DNA from: Phoronis australis
Taxonomy: Eukaryota; Animalia; Phoronida
Length of the DNA stretch: 64,000 nucleotides
Direction: 5' to 3'
Assembly (NCBI GenBank): GCA_002633005.1
Contig: NMRA01000111.1
Location: 809,191-873,190 of the forward strand
A program made the position numbers and the translations under genes. Positions 36,453 through 48,500 of the stretch are shown here, piece after piece. Within the stretch, counting starts at the first letter, position 1. Each line of letters opens with the position of its first letter. Below the pieces are notes generated by a model. That model made no database searches, was not told where the DNA came from, and saw nothing but the letters and a program-made list of their open reading frames with translations.

Positions 36453-38596
36453 TTAACTCATTGGGATTTCACACAAATCTCTATGTTAAACATCATTTTA
36501 ACAAATGAAGCACAATTTTGCCGTGATTAGATGGCTAGAAACAAAAACCAAAATTAAGCCTTGTACTCCTATACCATCAGTTTCATAATATTCCAACTCA
36601 AGTCACAAGCACTGTCTGCACATGCCACTTTGGAATTGGCAATTTTAGGCTTAGCCAACCCCAATAAACTGAAGTTTTTCTTGGGTCGCTGATGGTTTTG
36701 ATGTTGCTGTGACAAGTTAAATAGAATTCTATCAAGGTAAAAAATATTAGGAGACTAATTCTATGAGAGTAAAATGCCTCATTCTATTTTTTTAATCTGT
36801 TTGGAGTTAAACAAGGCGAAATGCAGCTCTAAATAAAGACAGCACTAAAATTACTTCTCATTTTACATTATACATTTGAATTTCAAATTAATTTACTTTA
36901 AAACAACGGATGACGTATCTGGCCATTTCCTGTCTACAACACCATGTCAAAAACCAGGACTACCACACCAATTCACTTCAAAGATATCTTAAGATTGTTG
37001 GTAGATAGGCAACCCAGGATTCGCACCCCAGAGAACTGATCTAGTACAAACGAACACTAACCAAAGTTCAATGTTTCATAACTAGTGTGCATGGAAGATT
37101 GAGTGACCTTTTGCCATTTTGTACCTGAGATTGGAACAAATTCTGAGCTCTGTGTCTACATACAACGAGCTTTATACTGTTACTCAACATGATAACATAT
37201 GTGCATGATTACATACTCAACATTTGAGCATGTACCATTAGTATTACAGGTCAAATATACGTGACTAGAGAAGTAACCGCGGAGACCATCAACTCAATTT
37301 ATAGCACAAAAAGTCTCACAAACTTACCCTGGAGAATAACAAGTAACAGTGCACACTAAATTACCAATATCTGCAGAATTATGCCCACACTCTGCCGTGC
37401 AAGTGTACCCAGTTCACATGCACTCCTTCGCTCATAGTTGAGATCAACCACCACCAGTTGAGGTCTGGTCTAAACTTGTGTATCCAATCTACATTGCTTC
37501 ACTGCCCAGTACATTTTTTGATGGGAATGATGTTTAATGTCTGGTTACACATCTGCTATGGGCACTAGTTGTCAGTGCAAATATCAATTAAGGGCATTAT
37601 TAAAATGTAACAAAGTATTGCAAACGATGCAGTAACACAGCCATTTTCAATACAATCTCTTTAGAAAATGAATGCTGAATGTGAGCCATGAGCTAGTGTT
37701 CCAATCAATAAGACTCCACAGTGGCTCAATACTATAACCATTGTTAATCATTGGCCAGGGCATCTTTTGAATACATCACAAGTTGAGCGAGGATTAGAAA
37801 CACTGGCTTACATTGATCAACTGAACTGGACCTGAATGTTAGTCAACTGAGACATTAAATGTGGCCAAGTCCATCTCAAAACAATGGCAGGTTCAGTGGC
37901 ATGCAGTCACAACAACCAAGAAATGTTTTTGAACACTCCTTGCTAATACCTAAAGGAATGTTCAGCAATGCCACAACAGATCGTGACATGTTATCACACT
38001 TACATCTGTGATTGACAATTTAAAACTCAATACATAAAAATTTGACAAACGTAAGTCTCGTATATCATTTTTGGTAATTAAATTCCTGGAATGATCCATT
38101 CATGAGCTTCCTAATACACACAAATAATTGCTAACACCTCATAATTAAACAATAACATGAAATTTTCTATCAAAAACATGGTTGCAGCAGTACTCTTAGC
38201 CTTGTACATGCGAAAAAAACATGAAATAATCGTTTCATGATTAAAATTTTAAAAGCAATGCATTCACCTTGCGAGTTTTGCAGTCTCTGCGTATGGAGGT
38301 GACAACAGCTCCACATCCACAATAGTGCATATTTCATGTTTATTAGATTTGTCAATTATTATTATTAAGCTTTCTTTGATGGGCTTTCAATCCAGCTTGT
38401 GGTCTCGGCTTGTCTTCACTCACCGATCCAATAGCCATCATTCAAAAGCATAGCCTAGCTTTCTGCACAATATTCAGTAATATCTATGCTCCTGAGTACC
38501 AGAAGAACAGCAGTACTTTCTAATATTGCTTAATCCACCAAAATAATTGTGAGTAACTAACCAGTTACATTATGCATTTTGTTTTGCATATTCGTG

Positions 38597-39412
38597 TTAC
38601 TTCTGTTTCTTGGCATAGTCTTTAGGCTTCATATAGGCATTGTAGAAAAACTGTGCAAACAAGAAAAAGTAGCTCAAATACATCAGGGTCGAGTAACGTA
38701 AATTTTCATACGACTGACTGCATTTTTCACCATCAACTTTGATCTGGTAAACCCATATGTTAACGATTGATCCAACGACCATTTGAGATATCTGCATCAC
38801 AGTGATCACCATGTTCACTTGAACAGGAATGCGGAACCACCTCAGTGCTCTAGCAGCGTAATACGAATACATGAAAGCATGGACCGTGTAGTTCATACAC
38901 ATGAACCAGCGACCAGGGGCAGTTTTCTCTGTGTAACTATACCACACGTAGATTAGAACACTAATATGATGGTACCAGTGAAGAAATATTAGGTGCTGCT
39001 TTCTGAGGATGATAAATATTGTATCGCCAAGTTCATAGACTTTCGACACGGTAAACATAAACGCCCAGAACGCTGTCACTTTATCATCAAAGTAACTCGG
39101 TACACAGACAGAGTACTTTACGCCATGATCGCGTGTCACACGAATCAGTTCAGGAACGGTGCGCACGGCTCCGAATATGCTAAATAGTGCCAAAGTTAAA
39201 CTCCATAGAAACAAGAAGGGGCGTAAATCGTAGCCTTTTTTGTTTTGCATGTACCATTTTCCACCGAATACGACGACGACGTACGCTGCCGAGGCAACGT
39301 AACACAGAGTCCAGTTTACATCCATCCACTGCCTGAATTTGTTATCTTCCCACTGTCTTTCGAATTCAAAGACTACCGAAAAATTTGAAATGTTGGAAGT
39401 TTCAATTGCCAT
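38597..39412 (-). CDS. ELOVL6: Very long chain fatty acid elongase 6-like (ELOVL3/6 clade), intronless, 271 aa
   Basis: Single ORF with KVYELGDTIFIILRKQ, LIFLHWYHH, MNYTVHAFMYSYY, TVMQISQM and a C-terminal KKQK di-lysine ER signal. Confidence 0.93.
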   Translation of the reverse strand: MAIETSNISNFSVVFEFERQWEDNKFRQWMDVNWTLCYVASAAYVVVVFGGKWYMQNKKGYDLRPFLFLWSLTLALFSIFGAVRTVPELIRVTRDHGVKYSVCVPSYFDDKVTAFWAFMFTVSKVYELGDTIFIILRKQHLIFLHWYHHISVLIYVWYSYTEKTAPGRWFMCMNYTVHAFMYSYYAARALRWFRIPVQVNMVITVMQISQMVVGSIVNIWVYQIKVDGEKCSQSYENLRYSTLMYLSYFFLFAQFFYNAYMKPKDYAKKQK

Positions 39413-40464
39413 CGCTGGTTTTTAGACGAAACCACACTATACTCACTGCTAATCAACGAGCGACAGCGAAAACTCGTGTTCACTGGAATGGGCTTAACAG
39501 AATTGATAGTGTTGAAACGATGAATCGTATTTGCTAATCATGAGAGATTGGGAAAATTGACCAATCGTAAGCTCTGTTACAAAATCGAACGATTACTGGT
39601 GGCCGAGGTCACTTTAAGTGGGTCACTTTCCGGTCACTTTGCCGGCCGGGTCATAGGCTACCCCGGGTATACCGCAAAATCCGTTGTTCCAGTATTTTGC
39701 CGGCTATAGCTGTGTGGAATTAAGAAGAATTACTGAAGTTATGAACATCCACTCAAATGCGATTAAAACTGAAAAACCGGGTCACAGGTTCAAAGCACTG
39801 AATAATCACTGAGTTGTCCGTCATATCGGGGTCAGGCCAACGGCGCACCCGCGACTCATGGGGGGGTCCTTTTCTTATAGGCCTATTAAAAAGTTCCCGT
39901 GTTTAAAATTGCACATTGTCATAGAATTCGCAAAATGTTAGAGCGTCATGATGTAGCAGGAAACGTGCAAAAAGTGACGGATCCACTGAAATAGACTAAG
40001 CCTAGTAGGCTAAGCTTTTTTAAAATGACATGTCACCTTGAAATGAGCCCGATTGCCGCCGGTGAGTGCCCGGCTAGAATTTGCGGGACTATATTTATTT
40101 ACAAATACCTGGACCGTTTTGGTGTTGATACTAAACAAGTGTCGCATTAGGTTTTCAAGCTGTTTCAACCTAACGAGGCCCCAGGCTGCCAAGTTTTTGG
40201 CCAGCAGCGGAAAAACTGTGGTCACGGCTAATTATAGGGACCCTGCGCTGAGGAGTGGGTTGTCGACTATCAGACCAGAGATGGACATTCCATATCACAA
40301 TCAGGGCTATTTATACTAGCATGCAACTTGAGTGTGCGGACTAGCCTGGGTATAACAATTTAATATTGGTCAAAAGTATCAGAACGGTTATTCACAAGAT
40401 GATATTTTATTTTCCGGCCAATTGCAGGCGCGGATTTAGAGGGGGGCCTGGGGTGTTGGAGTTT

Positions 40465-40612
40465 TTCTATTCCAAAAACCATAATGTTCAAGATCTTTCT
40501 GTACAAATAATAGAAAAACTCCGGTACCCCTCACAGACTCAAAAGAGAACGATATTGGATAGAAAAGCTCAATACACTAGAACCTCATGGATTAAACATA
40601 AAAACTTCTTAA
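40465..40612 (+). mobile_element. Penelope-like retroelement remnant (GIY-YIG endonuclease C-terminus, frameshifted)
   Basis: FYSKNHNVQDLSVQIIEKL..[frameshift]RERYWIEKLNTLEPHGLNIKTS* matches the H..D..VQIIE..RE..WI..L.T..P.GLN signature. Confidence 0.7.
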
Positions 40613-41667
40613 CTATCATTGAATTTTTTCGCAACAATGTATCATATTCATTACGCCACACCTTAAATGTCAGTTGTCATATTGTGTTGGATTTTATTTT
40701 ATTTCTGGTGACGAAAGACATTATTATATCCGAAAATTTCAGTTGATCCATTCTTGTTGTTTTATTTACCTATTTATATTCTACATTTCGTGAAACAATA
40801 GTATCCTTGGGAGGATCTGGATCGCTTTATTTAGTTTCAGATTTATTTTCTACGTTATATTTCAACGTAATAAATGCGCGAGGGAAGTACTTTCGGGCAC
40901 CTTTCATATCCACATTCGCAATAAGCTATACGCTTTTATAATAGTTCCTTGCGCCGAGAAGTTATGTGATGAAGGAATTATCGACAAGGGGCTTAATTGC
41001 AATGGAAAATAAACCGGAACGAAAATTCTTATCTACTACATAACATCGTACGTGTAACAACGAATGTACTAGATATTCAAATTACAATATTAAGAAAAAA
41101 GAAAATAACAAGTTCTTGTGTTTTACCGAGTCGAAAAAACACTGTAACAGGAACCAGTTTGTAAGTGAAAGGATTTTGTTGAAATTCACAAATTCCACAT
41201 CAAAAAGTTTCAGCTAAATTTTTGTGTAAATAAGATTTCAATTGCAAGTACTCATGACGTGAGCAAAAAAATTGATGAAATTCAAGTTACGTATTCATTT
41301 TGATTGAAAGCAGAGACCGAAACGTCTTTGTTGTAGGGTTCAAGAACATAAATCGGAATAGCTTAGAAGCAAGTTGCCGCCTTAAATTTAATACCCCGAA
41401 GTTTTTAATTGTTAGTTAAACATAAGGAAGCATTTGCTAAAAATATCAAACTTAACAGAAGCGAGATATTTGCTAGGCGAAGAAATTGTACTTTTGTTAC
41501 CTACGTTTACGTTCAGAAGTGGCAGACCTCAGTGATTTTTGCCTAGTAGTAACAACCGCCGTACTAATCATTTTTGTTTTAGGCCTGAGGCCTAAGCCAG
41601 TGCGGTGCCGCCACAACCTCTACTTACTTGGTCAATAGCTTGTCAAGTCTCGCTGTCGTCACGAGGA

Positions 41668-44600
41668 CCGTAGTTATGATGATCTTCGGGCCTATTGTGT
41701 GGAATGTCGCATTTGCGATGGCTTCAAGGCAATCACGTACACTCAGGCTAAAATAAATTGAAACATCGTGTCGTAAAACTGGCTGTGGGGCTTTTGAAAT
41801 CAAAACTTTCGTGAAAATCTAACTTAGGGCCATTTTCAACCAAATAATAATTAGAGAAATATTATCAAAATTTAATAGTTGCGCAGGTTTCTGTTCAGCT
41901 GCACCCGTTTGCCTGGGTCACGCAACTCTTGCAACACGTACACGTAAAACACATCTCGGCGTATTGTACACAGGGGAACAATCTGCGCCCTGTTTGAGGA
42001 GGATCAGCATTCATTACAGACGTCACTTTTGTGACACGAGCCACAATAGGTTCTCTACAAAAATGATCCTTTGGACTATTTGAGTATTACGGTAGCCCAA
42101 GGATGACATCGCACGTTTCTCTTAATTATCTCAGGATCAGTGGTGCATGACTCTATGACCATATTGCTGCCCTGGCATCCAGGTATTTGTCAGTCTTTGA
42201 AACCAATTACACCATAAGTCTGAATAATCTGTTACTGCGCGCGACCCCTAAAGATTTTGTTTTTAAGCCAAAAAAACTAGTAGTACCAACTGCAGTTTTT
42301 AGCACTGAGAAAGAGTGACTTATCTTTAATATCAGGCACAAAAATCTGTTGTGGAGTACTAATAAATCTAACTTCTGCCCTTTCTTGAGATCATATTATC
42401 TGGACTCTAGTGCTGATAGATGGAAGTTCTAAACATACGTTGTCATGTTTTGTTAATTGCTTTGATGCGTCTTGTTAGCCTTAGACTACTGACAGTGTGT
42501 GTCCGTTGTATATGGGCTTATTTACTTGTCCTGATGATACCGATGTATGAGACACCAAAACTTGTTAAAGTTGAAAATTTCGTTGCTTTCATTAATATTG
42601 TCACTTTCCTTTCTTCGTTGAGACCATAAGTGTTATACCCGCTTTCACACCAAATAGAACTCTCGCGTGCTTTTGCAAGCATTGAAAGTTGAGTCATCGA
42701 TCTTTTCGTTGAAAAAATTTCCAGTGCAACTGACATTTTAATTATTTCATAAGGTAATATGCCCATCACATTGTCACGTCTCAGAAATATATGATTTAAG
42801 GGGTACGATTGAAAAGGTGAACTTGTGTAAAATTATTCTTTCGGAATACAGCAGTAGCCGGCGTCAGCCAAGAGCTATATTACAGTTTTGCTCGGAGTGG
42901 TACTCAGCTATTCGGCAAGGATGCCGTTGAATAGTACCTTACAGCATTTATCTTCTTGCAGAACATATATGCCCGGTCTACAGCCCATATACGTATGTGC
43001 ACAATACAAAGTTACATGATCATCTGCTACGTCTTTCAATACTGGCAGTGTCACATACAGTGTACGTATCTGCCAGTGTAACATTTTTTGTTCCCGTTAA
43101 ATTTTGACTGCGGCCCCTCGTGAGTTTCTGATTGTTATTATATCCTTGTCCAAATGAGGCCGACAATTCCAAACTGGCTTTTTTAGTGGAACTTTTCTAA
43201 TTTGTGTAGTCACGGTTTTTGTTTGGTCTTCATTCACCGACAGGTCAATCCCGTTGATTGCCATGAGCCCCCAGGTTGCCGGCCCTCCTGTCCACCCCTT
43301 CTCGACGACCCGGACCATATGCATACAATTTAGTTTGCAAAGTGTTTTTATCCAAACTACTTGGAGTATTCGTTGTGAATTAGCTTGAAACTGACCGCGA
43401 GACTGATACAAATGAATTGAGGCCGGTGGGCACTTGAAANCCGTAGTTATGATGATCTTCGGGCCTATTGTGTGGAATGTCGCATTTGCGATGGCTTCAA
43501 GGCAATCACGTACACTCAGGCTAAAATAAATTGAAACATCGTGTCGTAAAACTGGCTGTGGGGCTTTTGAAATCAAAACTTTCATGAAAATCTAACTTAG
43601 GGCCATTTTCAACCAAATAATAATTAGAGAAATATTATCAAAATTTAATAGTTGCGCAGGTTTCTGTTCAGCTGCACCCGTCTGCCTGAGTCACGCAACT
43701 CTTGCAACACGTACACGTAAAACACATCTCGGCGTATTGTACACAGGGGAACAATCTGCGCCCTGTTTGAGGAGGGTCAGCATTCATTACAGACGTCACT
43801 TTTGTGACACGAGCCACAATAGGTTCTCTACAAAAATGATCCTTTGGACTATTTGAGTATTACGGTAGCCCAAGGATGTCATCGCACGTTTCTTTTAATT
43901 ATCTCAGGATCAGTGGTGCATGACTCTATGACCATATTGCTGCCCTGGCATCCGGGTATTTGTCAGTCTTTGAAACCAATTACACCATAAGTCCGAATAA
44001 TCTGTTACTGCGCGCGACCCCTAAAGATTTTGTTTTTAAGCCAAAAAAACTAGTAGTACCAACTGCAGTTTTTAGCACTGAGAAAGAGTGACTTATCTTT
44101 AATATCAGGCACAAAAATCTGTTGTGGAGTACTAATAAATCTAAGTTCTGCCCTTTCTTGAGATCATATTATCTGGACTCTAGTGCTGATAGATGGAAGT
44201 TCTAAACATACGTTGTCATGTTTTGTTAATTGCTTTGATGCGTCTTGTTAGCCTTAGACTACTTTCAGTGTGGGTCCGTTGTATATGGCCTTATTTACTT
44301 GTCCTGATGATACCGATGTATGAGACACCAAAACTTGTTGAAGTTGAAAATTTCGTTGCTTTTATTAATATTGTCCCTTTCTTCGTTGAGACCATAAGTG
44401 TTATACCCGCTTTCACACCAAATAGAACTCTCGCGTGTTTTTGCAAGCATTGAAAGTTGAGTCATCGATCTTTTCGTTGAAAAAATTTCCAGTGCAACTG
44501 GCATTTTAATTATTTCATAAGGTAATATGTCCATCACATTGTGCAAATGTGCCTGATTAATCAGTGGTTTGCTTATTGTACTTTGGGCCAGAGGCCTTCA

Positions 44601-45323
44601 ATACAAATACAAATAAACTACACGTAAACTACACATGTCCATCACATTGTCACGTCTCAGAAATAGATGATTTAAGGGGTACGATTGAAAAGGTGAACTT
44701 GTGTAAAATTATTCTTTCGGAATACAGCAGTAGCCGGCGTCAGCCAAGAGCTTTAATATTACAGTTTTGCTCGGATGGTACTCAGCTATTCGGCAAGGAT
44801 GCCGTTGAATAGTACCTTAGAGCATTTATCTTCTTGCAGAACATATGCCCGGTCTACAGCCCATATACGTATGTGCACAATACAAAGTTACATGATCATC
44901 TGCTACGTCTTTCAATACTGGCAGTGTCACATACAGTGTACGTATGCTGCCAGTGTAACATTTTTTGTTCCCGTTAAATTTTGACTGCGGCCCCTTGTGA
45001 GTTTCTAATTGCTGTTATATCCTTGTCCAAATGAGGCCGACAATTCCAAACTGGCTTTTTAGTGGAACTTTTCTAATTTGTGTAGTCACGGTTTTTGTTT
45101 GTTGGTCTTCACCCGGCCCGCACTGAGGTCAATCCCGTTGATTGCCATGAGCCCCCAGGTTGTGGGCCCTCCTGTCCACCCCTTCTCGACGACCCGGACC
45201 ATATGCATACAATTTAGTTTGCAAAGTGTTTTTATCCAAACTACTTGGAGTATTCGTTGTGAATTAGCTTGAAACTGACCGCGAGACTGATACAAATGAA
45301 TTGAGGCCGGTGGGCACTTGAAA
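41668..45323. repeat. ~1.8-kb near-identical tandem duplication (41668-43439 and 43441-45323) joined at N43440
   Basis: Both copies start CCGTAGTTATGATG and end GGGCACTTGAAA. They differ by SNPs and small indels, and copy 2 has about 100 extra bp. Confidence 0.93.
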
Positions 45324-45587
45324 CACAACAGTACACTAGATCCCGAGTTAATGAAGTCGGGATCCCGAGATAATAAATTCAGGATATCGAGATCCTGAGA
45401 TTCCTAGACAATTAAAACGAGATCTTGAGATCCTGAGATAATTAAAAAAGAAACGCGCGATGTCATCCGATCTTAGGGCAATCGAGACGGTACTCAGCGC
45501 ATCGCAGCTTTTTATTTAGCGGCCACTAGAGGCGCTAGCAACACACTTCCGTTCTGCAGTTCCATCCGAAGTGTGAAGTGGGTGATT

Positions 45588-48500
45588 ATGTCAAGGAGGT
45601 TGAATGCATTTGTTCGGTTGTTTCTTTTAGTATCAGTTTTAAATGGTACGTTTCTAGCTATCTGTTGTTTTTGTTTGTCGTGTAGTTACCATGTGGGCTC
45701 AGTTTCCTCTAACTGATGTTTTCTTGGCCCTGTTAATGCTAGCCCTACTTGGCCTGGGCCTAGGCCCTGGCCTAGGCAATGACCATCGCCTCTGTTGGCC
45801 CGAACCAGAGGCGATGCAGAGGCTATAGGCGCTCTGTACGCCGGAAGCTTTTCGGCGAATTATGCCTCGCACCGACTAAACCATCAAAGTCACGTTGTTA
45901 TAAATACCTTTTGCGCATAGAGGAACACCTTAGGAGGTTGTCGATGTGTTTAAATCCTTCCAACTCGAACAAATACTCCCGTTATGAAACTTTTTCTTCG
46001 AGCAGTCCCTATTTCACTTCCCAAAATCGTGAAATCAACATTTTCATTTTTTTAACCAGGCCGAAGGTCAGAAGTGCGAACCTACCGGCGAACTTTGAAA
46101 GCTGAAGTTCCCACCCTTCGCGTACGTGCTGCCGGGAACCAGCCGTGAATTTGCCGCGTTGTTAAACTTTAAAATGTCAAATATGTGCACAAAGACTATT
46201 TTAAAAATGTCACATCAACAGCATTTATTTTTATCAAATACAAACAATAATTCATTGAAATACAACCAGTTTCAAGTAACGCCAGTTAAAGACAAGTATA
46301 AGTGGTGGCATTTTGGAAACGAACATTTGACTGAAAAGAACACAATGGCTCACCTTTGGCCTATTTAAAGATTGAGGTCATGAAGTCACATCACCTAGCG
46401 AGCGTGGTAAAAATTGGAGCATGCGCAGTATAAAAATGGTGAGTTCACGATTTTGGGAACTGAAATAGGGACTGCTCGAAGAAAAAGTTTGATAATGGGA
46501 GTATTTGTTCGAGGTTGAAGGAATTAAACACATCGACAACCTCCTCAGGTGTTCCTCTATGCGCAAAAGGTATTTATAACAACGTGACTCTGATGGTTTA
46601 GTCGGTGCGAGGCATAATTCGCCAAAAAGGTTCCGGCGTACAGAGCGCCTATAGCCTCTGCATCGCCTCTGGTTCGGGCCAACAGAGGCGATGGTCATTG
46701 CCTAGGGTTGCCTGAGCTGAGTGCTTTATTTAGGGTTACCGTTTGGTAAACTAACTCTGGCCTAACTCCTAATTGTTATTGTGTTTAAGAGCTGAGTATT
46801 GGCTAGGTTGCCTTTGGCTTTGATCGGATTAGTAGCAACTGGCCCTAGACTAGAGACGATAGCCATCCCGTAGCTTTTCGGTAAATTGTGCCTCACAGTG
46901 ACACCAACTGCCACCTATAAAGCTTACTCCTAAGCCTAAGTTGTCCCTCTGTGGGCAAAAGGTACTTATAGAAGGCTTTGGTAGTTTCATTAGTGCAAAG
47001 CATAATTTGCTGAAAAAGCTTCTGGCGTATGGAGGGCCTACTGTATGCCTATGGGAAGTCTCTGCTGCGGCTAGTGAGATGGTGGTACTGTCTAGTGGGA
47101 TTCTTTAAGTTTGATTGAACAATGTGGAGATGTGGGTAAAAGTTAGCCAAATAAAAGGTGACACAAAATTAATGTCATTAAAAATTACGATATATATACT
47201 TTTGTCCTTCAGTAAGCTAAATCTAGTTGGTAATGATTTAGCATTCTTCTTTTCTTCAGTTATCCTGCTTCTAACTTGACCATGGTATCATCACCGTATG
47301 CTTGAGCTTTCAGAGTGTGCATAGAGTTCACAACAAATTACCGGAATTGTTTTGACTTTGTTATAAGTTTGTAGTTTTTATCAGTAAACCAAATTTCTGA
47401 ACAAATTTTTGCTTCTGGCGAAGTTATCGTCAAAATTCGAAAGATGTCTGAAAATTTAGCAAGTGGTGCGTGTCATGATAGTGCTGATTTCAAGTTGATG
47501 AAAGACTTTTCTTTGTTACAAAAGTCACAGTATGATGCCAGATAATGTCATGACAACGGCTGTAAATGGCAAGATGAGTGTCAGTTGATTCCCATTGCAT
47601 GCACACCATCCGGTCATTAGCTCTATTTCTTGATATAAATTCCACTTCCATGATGAAGAGACCTCAGAGCACTCAAGTTGTGTGAAATTTTGAGGTCTAA
47701 ATAAAAATTACTCTCATCGATCAATAGCTGTATTTGATGCTAGTCTTCATACAGCTGGCCGGCTGGCTAACTTGAGCTTAGCCTAAACTTGAGGGGCCAA
47801 GGTTTGAGACTCAACATTGTCTCGAATCTGGCTCGAGCCAATACCAGTCAGGAAGACAGTAACTCTCACACGTACTGTCTGCTGTTTGACACACTTGTGA
47901 ACCGAAATTTTCAATGAAATTTGCAATGGTTTACATTCACTGTTATTACCAAACATACCTGAATTACAATAGAATCGGTCTCTGTTCACAGTCACATGAC
48001 CCTTACAAATGTTTGCAGTTCCATAGTTTGTGACACTTAAAATTGGAGAATCTAGTTTTCAGAGCATGTCTACTACCAAGCTGACATGTCTCTGCTGTGA
48101 GGGAATAAGCAGGTAGCTTGGAATTCAGGTGATTTTTGTAACCAAGTTCACAGTTAAAAAGTGGATAACAATCTGAGGAAGTGCTCTTGTGAGGGAACTT
48201 TGATCTGGTAAATAGCTGCTTTGAACTCAGCTTGACATCTGGTCGATATTTATGTGAATTGTCAGTTACTGTAATTATGTTGAAATCACCACCCATTTCT
48301 TTATATTGAACATCAATAAAAATACCAGCCCATTGGACTACTGGCATAATTTTTAAATAAGTGCACAGGCACAATGCTATCATTTAGGGTTTAGGTCTTT
48401 ACTTTGAAGGCCCTTTATTCTGAAGAGCCTATACTGTGAAATGCATGTACTGAAGGCCCGTTACTTCAAAAAATGTTCATAGGGCCATTATTTCATGCAT

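Noticed and set aside
42420-45328. Paired ORFs (MEVLNIRCH.., ..FKCPPASIHL..) as duplicated genes
   Set aside because: They arise from the gap-flanked duplication, their frames differ between copies, and I recognise no protein family.
45779-46698. Twin ~107-aa ORFs (MTIASVGPNQRR..) on opposite strands
   Set aside because: They are the two arms of an inverted-repeat element inside an intron. There is no recognisable domain, and the third copy at 22811 is diverged.
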